This document shows positions 1 through 12,289 of a DNA stretch of 64,000 nt, piece after piece. The notes under the pieces are model-generated. The model searched no databases and was not told where the DNA came from. It saw only the letters and a list, made by a program, of their open reading frames with translations. Source of the DNA: Octopus bimaculoides (lineage: Eukaryota); the NCBI RefSeq assembly GCF_001194135.2, contig NC_068990.1:70371185-70435184 (forward strand). The letters are read 5' to 3'. The position numbers and the translations under genes are program-made. Every line of letters starts with the position of its first letter. Position 1 is the first letter of the stretch.

Positions 1-53
1 TTGGAACTCGGAATGTAAAGAAGCTGAAATAATAACAAGAGCAATACCAATAT

Positions 54-54
<1 letters not shown>

Positions 55-104
<50 letters not shown>
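55..104. repeat. (ACT)n microsatellite
   Basis: Perfect trinucleotide run; an (AAT)n run follows at about 188-216. Confidence 0.95.
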
Positions 105-1203
105 AAGTGATGATGATGATTTCTAAATTAAGTACAAGATGTCTAGTGATGTTGTTATGTATGGCTCTCTTGATGATAATACAAATGTAATAATAATAAT
201 AATAATAATAATAATATTCTGCTAAATATTTTTACTTCAAACGTGAGGAGTATGGAAGGCAGTGCTTCATGTAGCTATTTACTCTATATTTTAGTATTGT
301 GGCATTAATAACAATCAATATTTGTAGTATTGTTGAGAAATGGCTTCTGAGATTCCTAGACAATCATTCACTACTCTCCTGTTATTATATTTTGCTACTG
401 TCTACCCCCATCTACCTCCAGTTGTTCCACCCCCTCATTTCCAATACTTATTCATCTGTAACAATGGTGTGTAATTTTGTCAGATTATTAAGGGGTAAGT
501 TTTGTAGTTGTTGTTTTGTCTTTTCTATTATGATTCATTAGACAAGGAAATAATTGTATTCTCTTGACCCTCCTGGGCATGTTTATAAAACTCAGCTGTT
601 TCCCCATTGTTTGTTTATTTAAGAAATGTTTGATCTTGTTAGTTAAGGGAGCAGATAAAACTATGTCAAAGAAAGAAATAACAAAAACAAAGAAAAAACA
701 TTGGCAGGTGAAGAAGGAAAGAAGAGAAAAGAGAAAGAATATCAATGGATGGTAGTAGGAGTAAAAGAATGATAGAGATTTGATTGTTGGGGAGACAATG
801 CATATCTATTTTATTTACATTTGTCTTAGATTGCCTGTTATTTTCTTTCAAGTTCAAAAGAATACATCCAATGTACAATAATGGTGGCTCTTTTCTGTTC
901 AATTACTGACCTCAGCAATGAGGAGCCAATTCACTTTGTTCTGCAAATTTTTGGTTTACACATTAACACTTAGGTTCAGTATCAATTATTATCTTGTCCT
1001 TTTCATTATCTATAAACAAGCCTGTATACTTTTAGAGGTGACAAAACAAGCTGTGATGTTAAAATAATTTTCATAGGGAAATTTTTGGATGTATCCCAAA
1101 ATTTTAAAGTGGGTTGTAATCTTGCTTCATTGAATGCTCTCTGATGCTAGTCTCTTGATTATTTGATGTAAATGTCAGCAAAGTCCTGAGAGTTGCTCTT
1201 TAA

Positions 1204-1420
1204 CCCTTTTGATACTAAGTCACCTGAGACTGCCCTTATTTTTATGATGCACATCTTCTTTTAAACTTATCTAAATTAAAACCTTCCTTTGAAATTTCAT
1301 GTTAATTTATGTTTCAAATACCAGATTAATAAGGACAAATTAATTTTTATAGTTTCATTATTTTCAAAATTAATTGAAATGAAGGCAGTGTGTTTCAGCA
1401 GAAATAGAGTAACAAAATGG
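1204..1420. mobile_element. piggyBac-type MITE (TTAA target)
   Basis: TTAA at 1200-1203 and 1421-1424; termini ccctttt gatac / gtaac aaaatgg; interior similar to the copy at 60084-60307. Confidence 0.75.
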
Positions 1421-1493
1421 TTAACTCAGGTTACATGTGTGTTAGGCACAACATGAAGTAACATGAATGTTTCCCTAAACACACCAGCATTAG

Positions 1494-1744
1494 TTGTCAA
1501 GCAATGTTGGGGGGGGGGGACAAACACAGACACACACACACACACATATACAACAGGTTTCTTTCAGTTTCCGTCTATCAAATCCACTCACAAGGCTTTG
1601 GTCGGCCCGAGGCTATAGTAGAAGTCANNNNNNNNNNGCCCGAGGCTATAGTAGAAGTCACTTGCCCAAGGCGCCGCACAGTGGGACTGAACCCAGAACG
1701 ATGTGGTTGGTAAGCAAACTACTTACAACACAGCCACTCTTGCG

Positions 1745-1746
<2 letters not shown>
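1494..1746 (-). mobile_element. tRNA-headed SINE, family A
   Basis: Minus strand shows A-box-like TGGCTGTGTTG and B-box-like GGGTTCAGTCCC, then a body (ttgggcaagtg...gccttgtgagtggatttg...ggaaactgaaagaa) recurring many times in the window. Confidence 0.85.
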
Positions 1747-1788
<42 letters not shown>

Positions 1789-2880
1789 CTAACAGTAATA
1801 CCCATCGTTCATCAGGTAATTACTTTTACTGTTTCTCGGGGCCGAGAAGCTAGAAAAATAGGTATATCATATAGAAGAATAGCTTTATGGAATCTAGTTG
1901 ACTGTGATGGCACTGAAAAGACTGCAGGTCAAGTGGAACATCACTGTTCATATAGAAAAAGCATTGCACATTGTGTGTTTGTTGAATGTTCATTTTTTTA
2001 TGGTCTTTTTTAGTGGACATTTTTTAATTAGGAATATCACTAAGTAATAGTGAAATGAAATTACAAATGCTGTGTGAGTGAACAATTAGTGTTGTACCAT
2101 TGCATAATTTTTGTTGAGACAAATTAGGCAATAGTAGTATTGGAGATATAGAAAAAGCATTGCATGTTGTGTGTTTGTTTGGTGTTCATTTTTTGACGGT
2201 CTTTTTTTAGTAAACATTTTTATGATTAGGAATATCAGTAAGTAATAGTGAAATGAAATTACAAATGATGTGTCCTGTCAGTGTTAGTGCTGAAATTCTG
2301 ACGCTATATTACAGGAATGAAAAGCAAGGCAACAATAAGTAATAATAGTTCAATGAAATTACAAATGCTGTGTCCTGTCAGTGTTAGTGATGAAATTCTG
2401 ACACTATATTACAAGAATGAAAGGTAAGGCAACAGTAAGTAATAGTCCAATGAAATTACAAATGCTGTGTCCTGTCAGTCAGATTTAGGTTTACTCGACC
2501 TCTATGTGTGTATTATATAAGAGAAAAACATGTAATAATTGAAGTAGAAAAAACGATGGATTTTATATACGAACTTTTGTTTGTTCTTCAAGTTGCAATG
2601 CAGCAACTTTTAGTGTTTGGCCCTGACTTTTATTAATGCTCATGGCAAAAGAAAGTGAGATAGGAAACGGTAAGGGCTTAAATTTGAATAGGACATTAGA
2701 TGGTATAACTGGTATGCAAGGAACGAAGACGGTGTCACGTTTACCACAACAAGTGAGAATATTTGCCTCAATGCAGTTCATCAAAAGTTTGTGCACAATT
2801 AGTGTTGCTTCCCTTGAACCATTTACTTTCACTTTATGGGACAAACGCAAACACAAATGGACAGAATCTCTCTTTTATAT
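1789..2880 (-). mobile_element. 3' fragment of an autonomous-type Helitron (PIF1-like helicase C-terminus, subterminal repeats, 3' hairpin)
   Basis: ORF 2563-2856(-) contains FPISLSFAMSINKSQGQTLKV, a Helitron RepHel helicase motif. Degenerate hairpin at 1799-1818 followed by CTGTTAG|T (decayed CTAG|T) ending at 1789. Confidence 0.85.
1950..2480. repeat. Tandem repeats in the Helitron 3' region (about 98-100 bp unit, about 196-198 bp dimer)
   Basis: atgaaattacaaatg at 2055, 2253, 2353, 2450; atatagaaaaagcattgca at 1950 and 2146. Confidence 0.85.
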
Positions 2881-2886
2881 TACTAC

Positions 2887-3221
2887 GACACTCCATCGGT
2901 TATGACGATGAGGATTCCAGATGATCCAATCAATGAAACAGTCTGCTCGTGAAATTAACGTGCAAGTGGCTGAGCATTCCACTGACATGTGTACCATTAA
3001 CGTACTTCTTGGGGAGATTCAGTGTGACATGGAAACAAGAATAAAAAGTGAGAGAAAGTTGTGGTGAAAGAGTACAGCAGGGTTCGCCACCACCCCCTAC
3101 TACAGCCTCGTGGAGTTTTAAGTGTTTTTGCTCAAACACTTACAACACCCAGTCTGGGGATCAAAATCGTGATCCTATGACCTCGAGTCCGCTGCCCTAA
3201 CCACTGGGCCATTGTGCCTCC
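2887..3221 (-). mobile_element. tRNA(Arg)-like headed SINE, family D
   Basis: Minus strand head GGAGGCACAATGGCCCAGTGGTTAGGGCAGCGGACTCG has an A box, a TCG at the anticodon position and a degenerate B box, then about 260 bp of non-tRNA body. Confidence 0.75.
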
Positions 3222-3983
3222 CCTCTCTTTTATATATATATATATATATATATAGATGCACACACACACATGTGCACATGCGCACACACACACACATTAT
3301 ATATTTATACATATATAGTAGCAGGGTTGTTGAGAATTTGGTATGTTGGTAGGTTTTCCATGAGCATTGAGTGAAATAACAGATGTCAGCTTATGATTGG
3401 AATCAAGTCATTGACCTGCTTTGCTTGGAACATCATCTCTATAGCAACTGATTCTACCAACAATAATAATAATAATAATGATAGGAAGATGATCATTACA
3501 ATGACATCTTATGTTGGTTTAATTTGAAACATCAGAATGAAAAGTGGAGTGGATGAAAAAGAATGAAGCTCAGACTTTCTGAAAAGCATAGTCAATGCAA
3601 TACCAATTTGTAATTAAAAACCTAATTTACATAATGTTAATAAATAAACATAATCAGCAGAAACAGGAAATTGGATTTAAATAGGATTCCTTTAGTCTAC
3701 CATATTAATTATGTCAAATCATTGACTAAGAAAGAACCAAAGTTGATTATTTTTCACAATAACATTTTCTTTATGCATGGTGACCTAACAACTCATTCAG
3801 TGATCTAGAGCACAACCAGATGTTCCAAAACTGAGATTTGAACAATATTTCCTGAAAATTCCTGTGTGACAAAGATATAGTGCAAAACCTAAGAAAGAGG
3901 GAATTTTGTGCTAGTTTCTATTGTAATATTTGTTTTTCATTTTTTTAATTGATTCAATATTAATTTTTTTTCCCACAAAGGTG

Positions 3984-4116
3984 TAGGCATAGCTTGTGGT
4001 TAAGGTTTTCATTTCAATCTCAGTATGCAGCACCTTAGGCAATTGTCTTCTTTTGTAGTGCTCAGCCAACCAATGCCCTGTAAGTGAATTTAGTAGATGG
4101 AAATTGTGCATCACAT
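3984..4116 (+). mobile_element. Decayed SINE family A copy
   Basis: gcagcaccttaggcaattgtcttc...gtaagtgaatttagtagatggaaat matches the family A body. Confidence 0.65.
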
Positions 4117-4538
4117 GTGTATATATATATATATATNNNNNNNNNNNNNNNNNNNNNNNNNNNNNNNNNNNNNNNNNNNNNNNNNNNNNNNGTGATACTA
4201 ATAGCTTAGTGTTAGAACTTCTGTATAAAACATTAGGTGAGTATAGAGTGTAATATGTTCCCTTGTCGTGGTTTGAAGTGAACTAATGTAACTTGTAATA
4301 TATTTCCAAATAAGGCTATTTTCCCCCATGGTCAAACATGTTCTCATAAGATATTGGAATTGCATGAAACTGCTTGAATGAGGGTGACAATCATTTCACA
4401 TGTGTAACTTGATGTCAAGAAGCATTGCACAGGACCAGAATTTTTGACTTCAGTCAAATATAGAAAACTATTCAAATCCTTATCAGAGTATCCACATAAG
4501 TGGAGTCTAGACCTCCCGGTTTGTACTGGCATCAAGTC

Positions 4539-4789
4539 ATATAAGTTGTAACAATGAAGTCAAACCAGACAGTGGTATTTTGAAATCATTTAATATGTAC
4601 ATTTCAGGTCTGTGAAATATATAATAGGAAATGTTGCTGTTATGCCAAACCTTCATCAGTTAAAACATTTCACTGAAGGTCTTGCATAATGGTTGCATTT
4701 CCTATTATATATTATGTAGAATGAGACATACATATTAAATGATTTCAAAACATCACTATTTGTTTTGACTTCATTGTTACAACTTATAT
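4539..4789. mobile_element. Fold-back (hairpin) MITE with TA flanks
   Basis: Arm 4539-4655 is the reverse complement of arm 4674-4789 (atataagttgtaacaatgaagtcaaa / tttgacttcattgttacaacttatat); 18-nt loop. Confidence 0.85.
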
Positions 4790-5087
4790 AGTCATTTAAG
4801 AATCCATAAGTCAGAAAAAATATGCATTCATGTATTTGTCAATAGAGTAGGTATATTAAAGTGCACAGTTTTAGAGATCCATTACAGCCAATCTTACCAT
4901 TCAATTTTGCATTGGATATTAAACTGGATGTTAGATGTCTAACATCTCATTTAAATACCCAATGTGAAACCAATTGGTTAGGTTGGCCATGATGGACCTA
5001 TAGTAGTATTATACACTTTGATTGAAATATATATTTACATCTATCTCTTTCTGTGTGTGTGTGTAATTATTAGGATTTTGACATTGC

Positions 5088-5230
5088 AGAGTATAGCCAT
5101 GTTGTTAGAATGTTAAGCTCGTGATCGTAAGGTCATGGGTTCAATTCCTGTACTGGCTAGCATACTGTGTTCTTGAGCAAGGCACTTGATTTCGCATTGC
5201 TTCAGTCTATTCGACTGGAAATGAGTAACA
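5088..5230 (+). mobile_element. tRNA-headed SINE, family E
   Basis: B box GGGTTCAATTCC followed by tgtgttcttgagcaaggcactt; related copies near 26580-26930(-), 27230-27370(+) and 59350-59560(+). Confidence 0.7.
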
Positions 5231-6160
5231 GCCCAGTGAACTACATCTCTTTAAAGACTGATAAAATAACTGCCAGATAATCTATAAAGTTGAGTAGGAC
5301 CCTTAAAAGCAATGGTCTGACATGTTCACTAACAAACCAGTTAAAAAAAGGAAAAGGACAAATTTAAGCAAAATGAAAAAAAGAAGATTGAAATTCTGTT
5401 ACTTTCCATCAAATGTTAGTGAGTAAGAGAGAGAGAGAAAATGGAGATGTTATCATATTGTGTGAGTAGATGCATAGCAACAAGTTTGGTTTCACTATTC
5501 ACTCCATAAATATGAAGGTGTCAATGCTAGCTGATAGATTTCTCAATCAAATATTCATTGATATGGACCCTCCATCTCCCCGTCCCTCTCCCCTCCTCCC
5601 CCTCATCATCATGGGGACACTTTTCTTTTGCCATGAAAAACAATGTATATAGGAGTGTGTCTGAATTTGTACACACACACACACACTATTTTATTTACAT
5701 GTAGGTGCATAGGTGCTGTTATGCACAGTATATATAGGATTACACCATCCGATATATCTCTCCTCCTCCAAGATGGTAGAGTGTAATTTGAGGTAGATGT
5801 AGCTGTTATTTCCAGCAAGTTGAGCAGTCAGTGAGAGTTGAGTTCTTATGATTAGCAAGTAAGAATTATCAAACAAACTGGTAGTATGTTACCTACCCTA
5901 TAGGCTAGTAAAACACAGCAGTTTGGTGAGGTTGTGAACATATACCTACTGTCATCTTTAACGTAATTGGGATATTGTTACATTAATTAGTGTTATATTG
6001 GTGTCAGATGTAGGGGGGAAATACTAAGAAAGTATGAACTGAACAGAGGTTGATTTCAGAGGCCCCATAGTATATGTACCGTGTGGTGTTTATAATACAA
6101 CTCTGGTGCGCCACTTTCAGGAACTATTTCATGTGTATTGTATTGTTAAAGCTCTGACAG

Positions 6161-6305
6161 TAGGTGCAAGAGTGGCTGTGTGGTAAGTAGCTTGCTTACC
6201 AACCACATGATCCCGGGTTCAGTCCCACTGCATGACACCTTGGGCAAGTGTCTTGTGAGTGGATTTAGTAGATGGAAACTGGAAGAAGCCCGTCGTGTAT
6301 ATATA
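6161..6305 (+). mobile_element. SINE family A copy (internally deleted) abutting the mariner remnant
   Basis: taggtgcaagagtggctgtgtggtaag...gggttcagtcccactg...ttgggcaagtgtc. Confidence 0.85.
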
Positions 6306-6309
6306 TGTG

Positions 6310-7021
6310 GTTGAGCTTTTTCCCTTTTACCAAGCCACTGTTTACGATGTCTAACATTTCGATAGTAGATCCATTTTTCGTTATCAGTCACAAGTCTATC
6401 CAAAAAGGGCGAAATGAGTTCACGAGAATGGAGGGAAGAGATGTCAACTCGGGATTTGCAGTTGCTTTTGGACAATTCATGAGGTACCCATTTTCCAAGT
6501 TTAAGAACCTTTCCAAGTTGTTGAAGATGACGATGAACAGTTGTATGGTTTGAACTAAGCTTTATTTCCAATTCTTCAACTGATTATGCAGGATTTTCTT
6601 TAAGTAATGCCTCAAGGAGCTTATCATCAAACTCAACTGGACGTCCTGTTCAATCTTCATCTTCAAGGCTGAAATCTCCACTTCTGAATTTTGCAAACCA
6701 TTTTCTGCAAGTTCTTTCATTCAAGCATTCTTTCCCAGAAACTGAGTGTATGTTTTGAGTCACTTCGGCCGCTGAGTTTCCTTTTTTGTACACATAAAGT
6801 ATTATGTACCTTAAATGCTCTTTGGATACTTCCATGTTAGAAAGGGTTTTAATCAAAGAAATTTAAATTCTATTGTTGTGTAAAATAATATTTAATTAGT
6901 TTAAACGTACACAAATGCATAAAAATAATTTTTAATTCCATTAGACATTCTAAAATACTATTAAATTTCATTCAATTTTAGAATAGGTAAAATCGGACAG
7001 AACTTATGGGATTGCCTGATT
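6310..7021 (-). mobile_element. Truncated mariner transposon, pseudogenised transposase
   Basis: 5' TIR near 6990-7021 (minus: caggcaatcccataagttctgtccgatttt). ATG at 6835 gives MEVSKEHLRY...ERTCRKWFAKFRSGDFSLED (HTH); later HELSKSN and LDRLVTDNEKWIYY (first catalytic Asp region). Stops and frameshifts present; 3' half missing. Confidence 0.92.
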
Positions 7022-7272
7022 TATAGAGGTTCCTTCACTGACTTGTTAAGTTATTACATAACTCCTGAGATGAGCACATAACTCTTATTTGTAGATTGTT
7101 CCTTGTTGTTGTTGGACTAACTAACCTACATGTCACACGACTTTGATAAGACCTAGGGCAACAACAACAATATAATTAGGAAATTAATGAGGTTTCTATT
7201 TTTTGTGCAGTTGACAGGTCAGACATGTAAATTACTTTACCACAGCAATAAAACTTTGTGTGTGTGTGTTAA

Positions 7273-7298
7273 TCTATATATATAAAAATGAGAATGTG

Positions 7299-7329
<31 letters not shown>

Positions 7330-8736
7330 GTGAATGCCTAAAACTCGAGAACTACGCAACCAATTTCATTCAAATTTTACACATGCCTTACTTAGGGTTC
7401 CAGTTGTGTTTTAGTCAAAAACTTTTTTTAACTTCTTGCAGAGTTCGAGCCCACGGCAACATAATATCTCCTCCNNNNNNNNNNNNNNNNNNNNNNNNNN
7501 NNNNNNNNNNNNNNNNNNNNNNNNNNNNNNNNNNNNNNNNNNNNNNNNNNNNNNNNNNNNNNNNNNNNNNNNNNNNNNNNNNNNNNNNNNNNNNNNNNNN
7601 NNNNNNNNNNNNNNNNNNNNNNNNNNNNNNNNNNNNNNNNNNNNNNNNNNNNNNNNNNNNNNNNNNNNNNNNNNNNNNNNNNNNNNNNNNNNNNNNNNNN
7701 NNNNNNNNNNNNNNNNNNNNNNNNNNNNNNNNNNNNNNNNNNNNNNNNNNNNNNNNNNNNNNNNNNNNNNNNNNNNNNNNNNNNNNNNNNNNNNNNNNNN
7801 NNNNNNNNNNNNNNNNNNNNNNNNNNNNNNNNNNNNNNNNNNNNNNNNNNNNNNNNNNNNNNNNNNNNNNNNNNNNNNNNNNNNNNNNNNNNNNNNNNNN
7901 NNNNNNNNNNNNNNNNNNNNNNNNNNNNNNNNNNNNNNNNNNNNNNNNNNNNNNNNNNNNNNNNNNNNNNNNNNNNNNNNNNNNNNNNNNNNNNNNNNNN
8001 NNNNNNNNNNNNNNNNNNNNNNNNNNNNNNNNNNNNNNNNNNNNNNNNNNNNNNNNNNNNNNNNNNNNNNNNNNNNNNNNNNNNNNNNNNNNNNNNNNNN
8101 NNNNNNNNNNNNNNNNNNNNNNNNNNNNNNNNNNNNNNNNNNNNNNNNNNNNNNNNNNNNNNNNNNNNNNNNNNNNNNNNNNNNNNNNNNNNNNNNNNNN
8201 NNNNNNNNNNNNNNNNNNNNNNNNNNNNNNNNNNNNNNNNNNNNNNNNNNNNNNNNNNNNNNNNNNNNNNNNNNNNNNNNNNNNNNNNNNNNNNNNNNNN
8301 NNNNNNNNNNNNNNNNNNNNNNNNNNNNNNNNNNNNNNNNNNNNNNNNNNNNNNNNNNNNNNNNNNNNNNNNNCAACGGTACAGATTTCTGCAATGTGGT
8401 GCATAAATTGTCAAGTAAATGAGCCGCATCTTTGCCTCCACTGATTCACTTGCAAAGTGTTGAGTAAAATTATTTCGTTGCAGACCTCCTTTGGGTCTTT
8501 TTATTATCACTGCGGCACACATAGTCCCCAGTTGGTAACATTGATTTCAAGGCCCTCCTAGATGAGAGACTGGCATTCCACTTAATGTCTATGTTCCATG
8601 CTGGCATGGATTGGAGAGTTATTAATGTAGAAATATGGTATCGTAGCTACTAACAGTTGAGGGTTGCGTAGTCTAGACGGCGTTTTTAGATTTCATTATT
8701 CTCTTTAACCCGGGCAAAGCCGGGTATTTCTGCTAG
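7273..8736 (+). mobile_element. Non-autonomous Helitron spanning an assembly gap
   Basis: A|TCTATATATATAAAAATGAG 5' end with a (GTCT)n block; 3' hairpin acccgg-gcaaag-ccgggt (8708-8725) then CTAG|T; inserted between A and T without TSD. That both ends belong to one copy is inferred across 899 N. Confidence 0.8.
7475..8373. other. Assembly gap (899 N); other gaps at 1628-1637, 4137-4191, 39809-39818
   Basis: Runs of N. Confidence 1.
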
Positions 8737-9559
8737 TATTTTAATATAAGCTCTGACAAGAGATGCAAATCAAACATCCTCATGCTGTAGATTATTTCAT
8801 TGCTGAGTTTCTTAGAAACAACATTTCATAGGGAAGTAAAAAGCCACCTCCGCATTTTATTATGTCCATGAAGCAAAGAAGTTTAGGACATGCATATTAC
8901 TTAATACAATTTAATAAATTTTAATTCAAAAATCATATATATGTATATTTGTGTGCATATGTGTGTATATGTACCAGTGAATTGGATGTTTTACATGCCC
9001 CTTTGAAGGAATGTTTTTTCCTTAGTTTGTTACTTTATATATGTGTGTATATATATATATATGTACCATTTACACAAGTTGTTACATAACAAGCATAACC
9101 ATAGATATGTATAAGTATATATACATGCATGTGCATGCACCCCCCACCACCACACACACAGCTGGATGGATAGATGAATGGATGGATGAATAGATAGATA
9201 GATAGAAACACCTAATCTCATTTTATTTATTCTTCAATACTAGCTGACATTTCTTTTCTCCACCAAAAGGTTCCATCTGAAATGTTTTGTCTGTTTTGTC
9301 TTCCTCCCAACATAACATTTATTCCACTCTTTGAATTATTTATATTACTTTGAGTCGACACTAAACATTACCATTTTCTGCAGTCTACTGATTTACTAAA
9401 ACTTTTATGATGATTTTTAGCAGTTACGTTATGTATGCAACTTAAATCCTTTTTGACTATGTTTCTTATGAAATACTTTACCTATGAGCTTCAACTATCT
9501 TTGAAGAATGAGTAAGAGTTCAGAAGGATTTAAGAGAATAGCTAATTTTTTATTGTTAT

Positions 9560-9790
9560 GTTGGTGTGCTGAGAATTCAGTGCAGATGTGTAGAAAATGT
9601 TCAAATGAAAAATGACTGCATTCCGAAAATTATTTTGTATATTTAACAAGTAGAGGGATACTGCAGTAAAGGAAGATGCATCCTTAGGTAAAAGGATAAG
9701 TTGGAGCAATCACTAAAGACTCTACAGCCTAATTTAACATTATGAGAAAGCCAATGCTTAGATCAACCTGTATGGCATAAAATGTGTCAT
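9560..9790 (+). mobile_element. Decayed RTE-clade LINE C-terminal remnant
   Basis: Translates VQMKNDCIPKIILYI*QVEGYCSKGRCILR*KD, resembling the RTE C-terminal RM..RIPK..LYG...G.R..GRP.LR.KD motif. Confidence 0.55.
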
Positions 9791-10993
9791 GATGCGTCAA
9801 AACAATTTGAGTTGAAAAAACAAAACAATAAAAGAATTATATCTTGCAGTCAACAGACACATTTGCCTAATCCCAGGCAAAATCAAAATCATCAGTGTCC
9901 CCATTCTGACTTCATTGCAAGATCCATACCTGGATTCAAATTATGTTCGTGCATCCATTGCAAATAGATACAGCTTCTTTTATTTTTAAAGTTGTTTTTT
10001 TTTTTTAACCCTCTCCTGAAACCACTCATACATCAAAATTGAGGAAAGAAACCATAATGTTGGTGTATGAAACATAGAACAGTATAATGGAAGATTTTGT
10101 CTTAGTTATAAAGATAAAAAGCTTAAATTTTCTTTTATCATAAATTCACATTTTTTTTTATCATAGAACCAAAAATGATCTGTAGTTGGTCAGTGTTGAA
10201 CGAGTTAAAAAAAATTGTTCCTCAGCTATCACTAATACTCTAATTTTCTTATGGCAATGGATATAATTGTTAGGGTCTTTTCTCTTAAGTTACATAGCCA
10301 TGACAGCAATCTCTAAACCTTGAAACCTGTGAAAGCAAACTTCTTGGTCATTAAATAAATTTAACATGTGATTATTCTGGTTAACTTACTATATTAACCT
10401 ACTATATAATGGCTCTGCCTCCTAGCCATCACTAGATCAAAGGTTTTCTATAAAGTCATTTCATCACAATATTGATGAAGTTCTGATTCTCACATTAGCA
10501 ACATGTGGCCTCTTTATCTATCTATTTTCTTTCTCTTTTCACAAGAACAGTTTATTTGTTCTATGATACTCACTTCTTCATTGGTAACCATCCTTCAGTC
10601 TCCTTATCCACATACAACTTCTATTTTCCACTCAAGGCATCCACAGCTGCCATGAACAGAAGCCTCAAAACCTTTACACAGAAACACTCAACAGTACCGA
10701 AATGTAGACTTTATACATCTATGAGAAACAAACCAAAGAGACAGCTCACAGCTAGAAACATATCATTCCTTAAAAACTTGAGACCTTATAGTAATATTAG
10801 ATAATGTTACATTGCTATCATTTATTTTTCATACAACCATTACTGTGTAGCAAATAACTTAGTTAACTTTATCAGAACCAGAAAATATATCAGATGAGAT
10901 CAGCTGCTAACTTTATACTCTAGAGTATTGCTTATATAACTGGGATAGGAGAATGTTGTATGCCATATCCAGAAGTAAAGTTTACAGCTTTAA

Positions 10994-11191
10994 CCCTTTC
11001 GTTACCAACCCAGCTGAATCTGGCTCTGGCTCTATAGTACAAATATCTTGTTTTCATAAGTTTTGAATTAAAATCTTCCACCAAACCTTAGTCACAATTT
11101 ATGTTCCTAACACTAGCTTAATGATAACTAAGTTATTTTACTAAATTCTTTGTACACAGAGCATCTCAAAATAAATACGGTAACGAAAGGG
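10994..11191. mobile_element. piggyBac-type MITE with perfect TIRs
   Basis: TTAA|CCCTTTCGTTACC ... GGTAACGAAAGGG|TTAA; 13-bp perfect TIR; 198 bp. Confidence 0.92.
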
Positions 11192-11433
11192 TTAAAATCC
11201 TCATTTAATAGCCCTTTATTATAGTATACTGTGGTCCAGTGTAGAGGAGTTTCTTTAGTTTATCTCTTGTTTCTTTTCTTAAACAAATACTGACCCTTAC
11301 TTAGATGTATATACATCAGGAAAGCTTTGTGAGTCAGTGGAAATGCACCATATGCTTTTTTTTCAACTGACTACAAAAACTCTTGTCTCAGACTCAAAGC
11401 TAATGTTGTCGTCATCGCCGCTGCCATCACTGC

Positions 11434-11643
11434 TACGTGGCAGAATTGTTAGAGCCTTAGACAAAATGCTTTCCTATATTTCTTCTAACTCTTTGCATTC
11501 TGGGTTCAAATTCCATTCATTTTAGCTTTTACTTTTCATCCTTCCAGGGTTAATAAAAGAAAGTACCAGTCAAGTACTGGAGTCAATAGTATCAACTCAC
11601 CTCTTCCCCCTCAAAATTGCTGGCCTTGTGCCTAAATCATAAA
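11434..11643 (+). mobile_element. SINE family B
   Basis: tggcagaattgttag...aaaatgc...tctgggttcaaatt...ttttcatcc...aagtaccagtcaagtactgg; a dozen or more related copies in the window. Confidence 0.8.
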
Positions 11644-11659
11644 TCATTTTTATTATAAA

Positions 11660-11930
11660 GTATTGCAAGCTACTTTAATCAACAGGGATGTTGTTTTGAG
11701 GTTTGGTGACCACAAGTCTCAGATCTCAAGAATCTTTCTTAGGATTATTGTAGACTGTAGGATTGGACATTTCTACAGGTCAACAATGCAAGTCTCAGTT
11801 TCAGTATTTCTCAGTCTCTTAGGTAGCAGTTTGGGTGTTGTGCCAACTTCACCTGCTGCTACAGGAGTAATCGTCACCCTTATTTTCCACAATCTTTTCA
11901 TCTCTCTCACTAGATCATGATCTCAATATT
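11660..11930 (-). mobile_element. 3' end of an R4/Dong-like (RLE) non-LTR element
   Basis: Minus strand reads DLVREMKRLWKIRVTITPVAAGEVGTTPKLL...ILRKILE, the typical C-terminus of R4-clade ORFs. Confidence 0.7.
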
Positions 11931-12244
11931 TGAAATTTCTTTGGTATCCACTTTGTTACCACATGGTAATTGCAAAGTCTATATAACATTACTCTTTTTT
12001 TTTTTTGTCCCCTCCAACTGTTGCTGTTGTAGTTATGTTATGTATGATTATTGTTGTTATTATTATTATTATAACAAGCAGCCAGAATCATTAGCATGCT
12101 GGACAAAATGGCTGTATGTTCTGAGTTCAAATTTTGCTGAAGTTGACTCTGCCTTTCATTCATTTGAATACTGAGGTTGAAGCAATTGACTAATTCTCAT
12201 CCCCTTAAATTTGCTGACCTTGTGCCAAAGTTTGACATTTTTAC

Positions 12245-12289
<45 letters not shown>

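Noticed and set aside
1605-1660. Identical 23-bp sequence on both sides of a 10-N gap
   Set aside because: Typical contig-overlap assembly artefact inside a SINE, not a biological duplication.
1833-1853. Hairpin ttctcgg/ccgagaa followed by CTAG on the plus strand, suggesting a second Helitron 3' end
   Set aside because: Followed by A rather than T, spacing is too short, and it lies inside the minus-strand Helitron whose own terminus is at 1789.
3145-3221. tRNA-Arg-like sequence as a tRNA gene
   Set aside because: The B box is degenerate, no acceptor stem closes, and it continues into a repeat body; it is a SINE head.
7260-8522. Five long ORFs (327-394 aa) in the ORF track
   Set aside because: They consist almost entirely of X from the 899-N gap.
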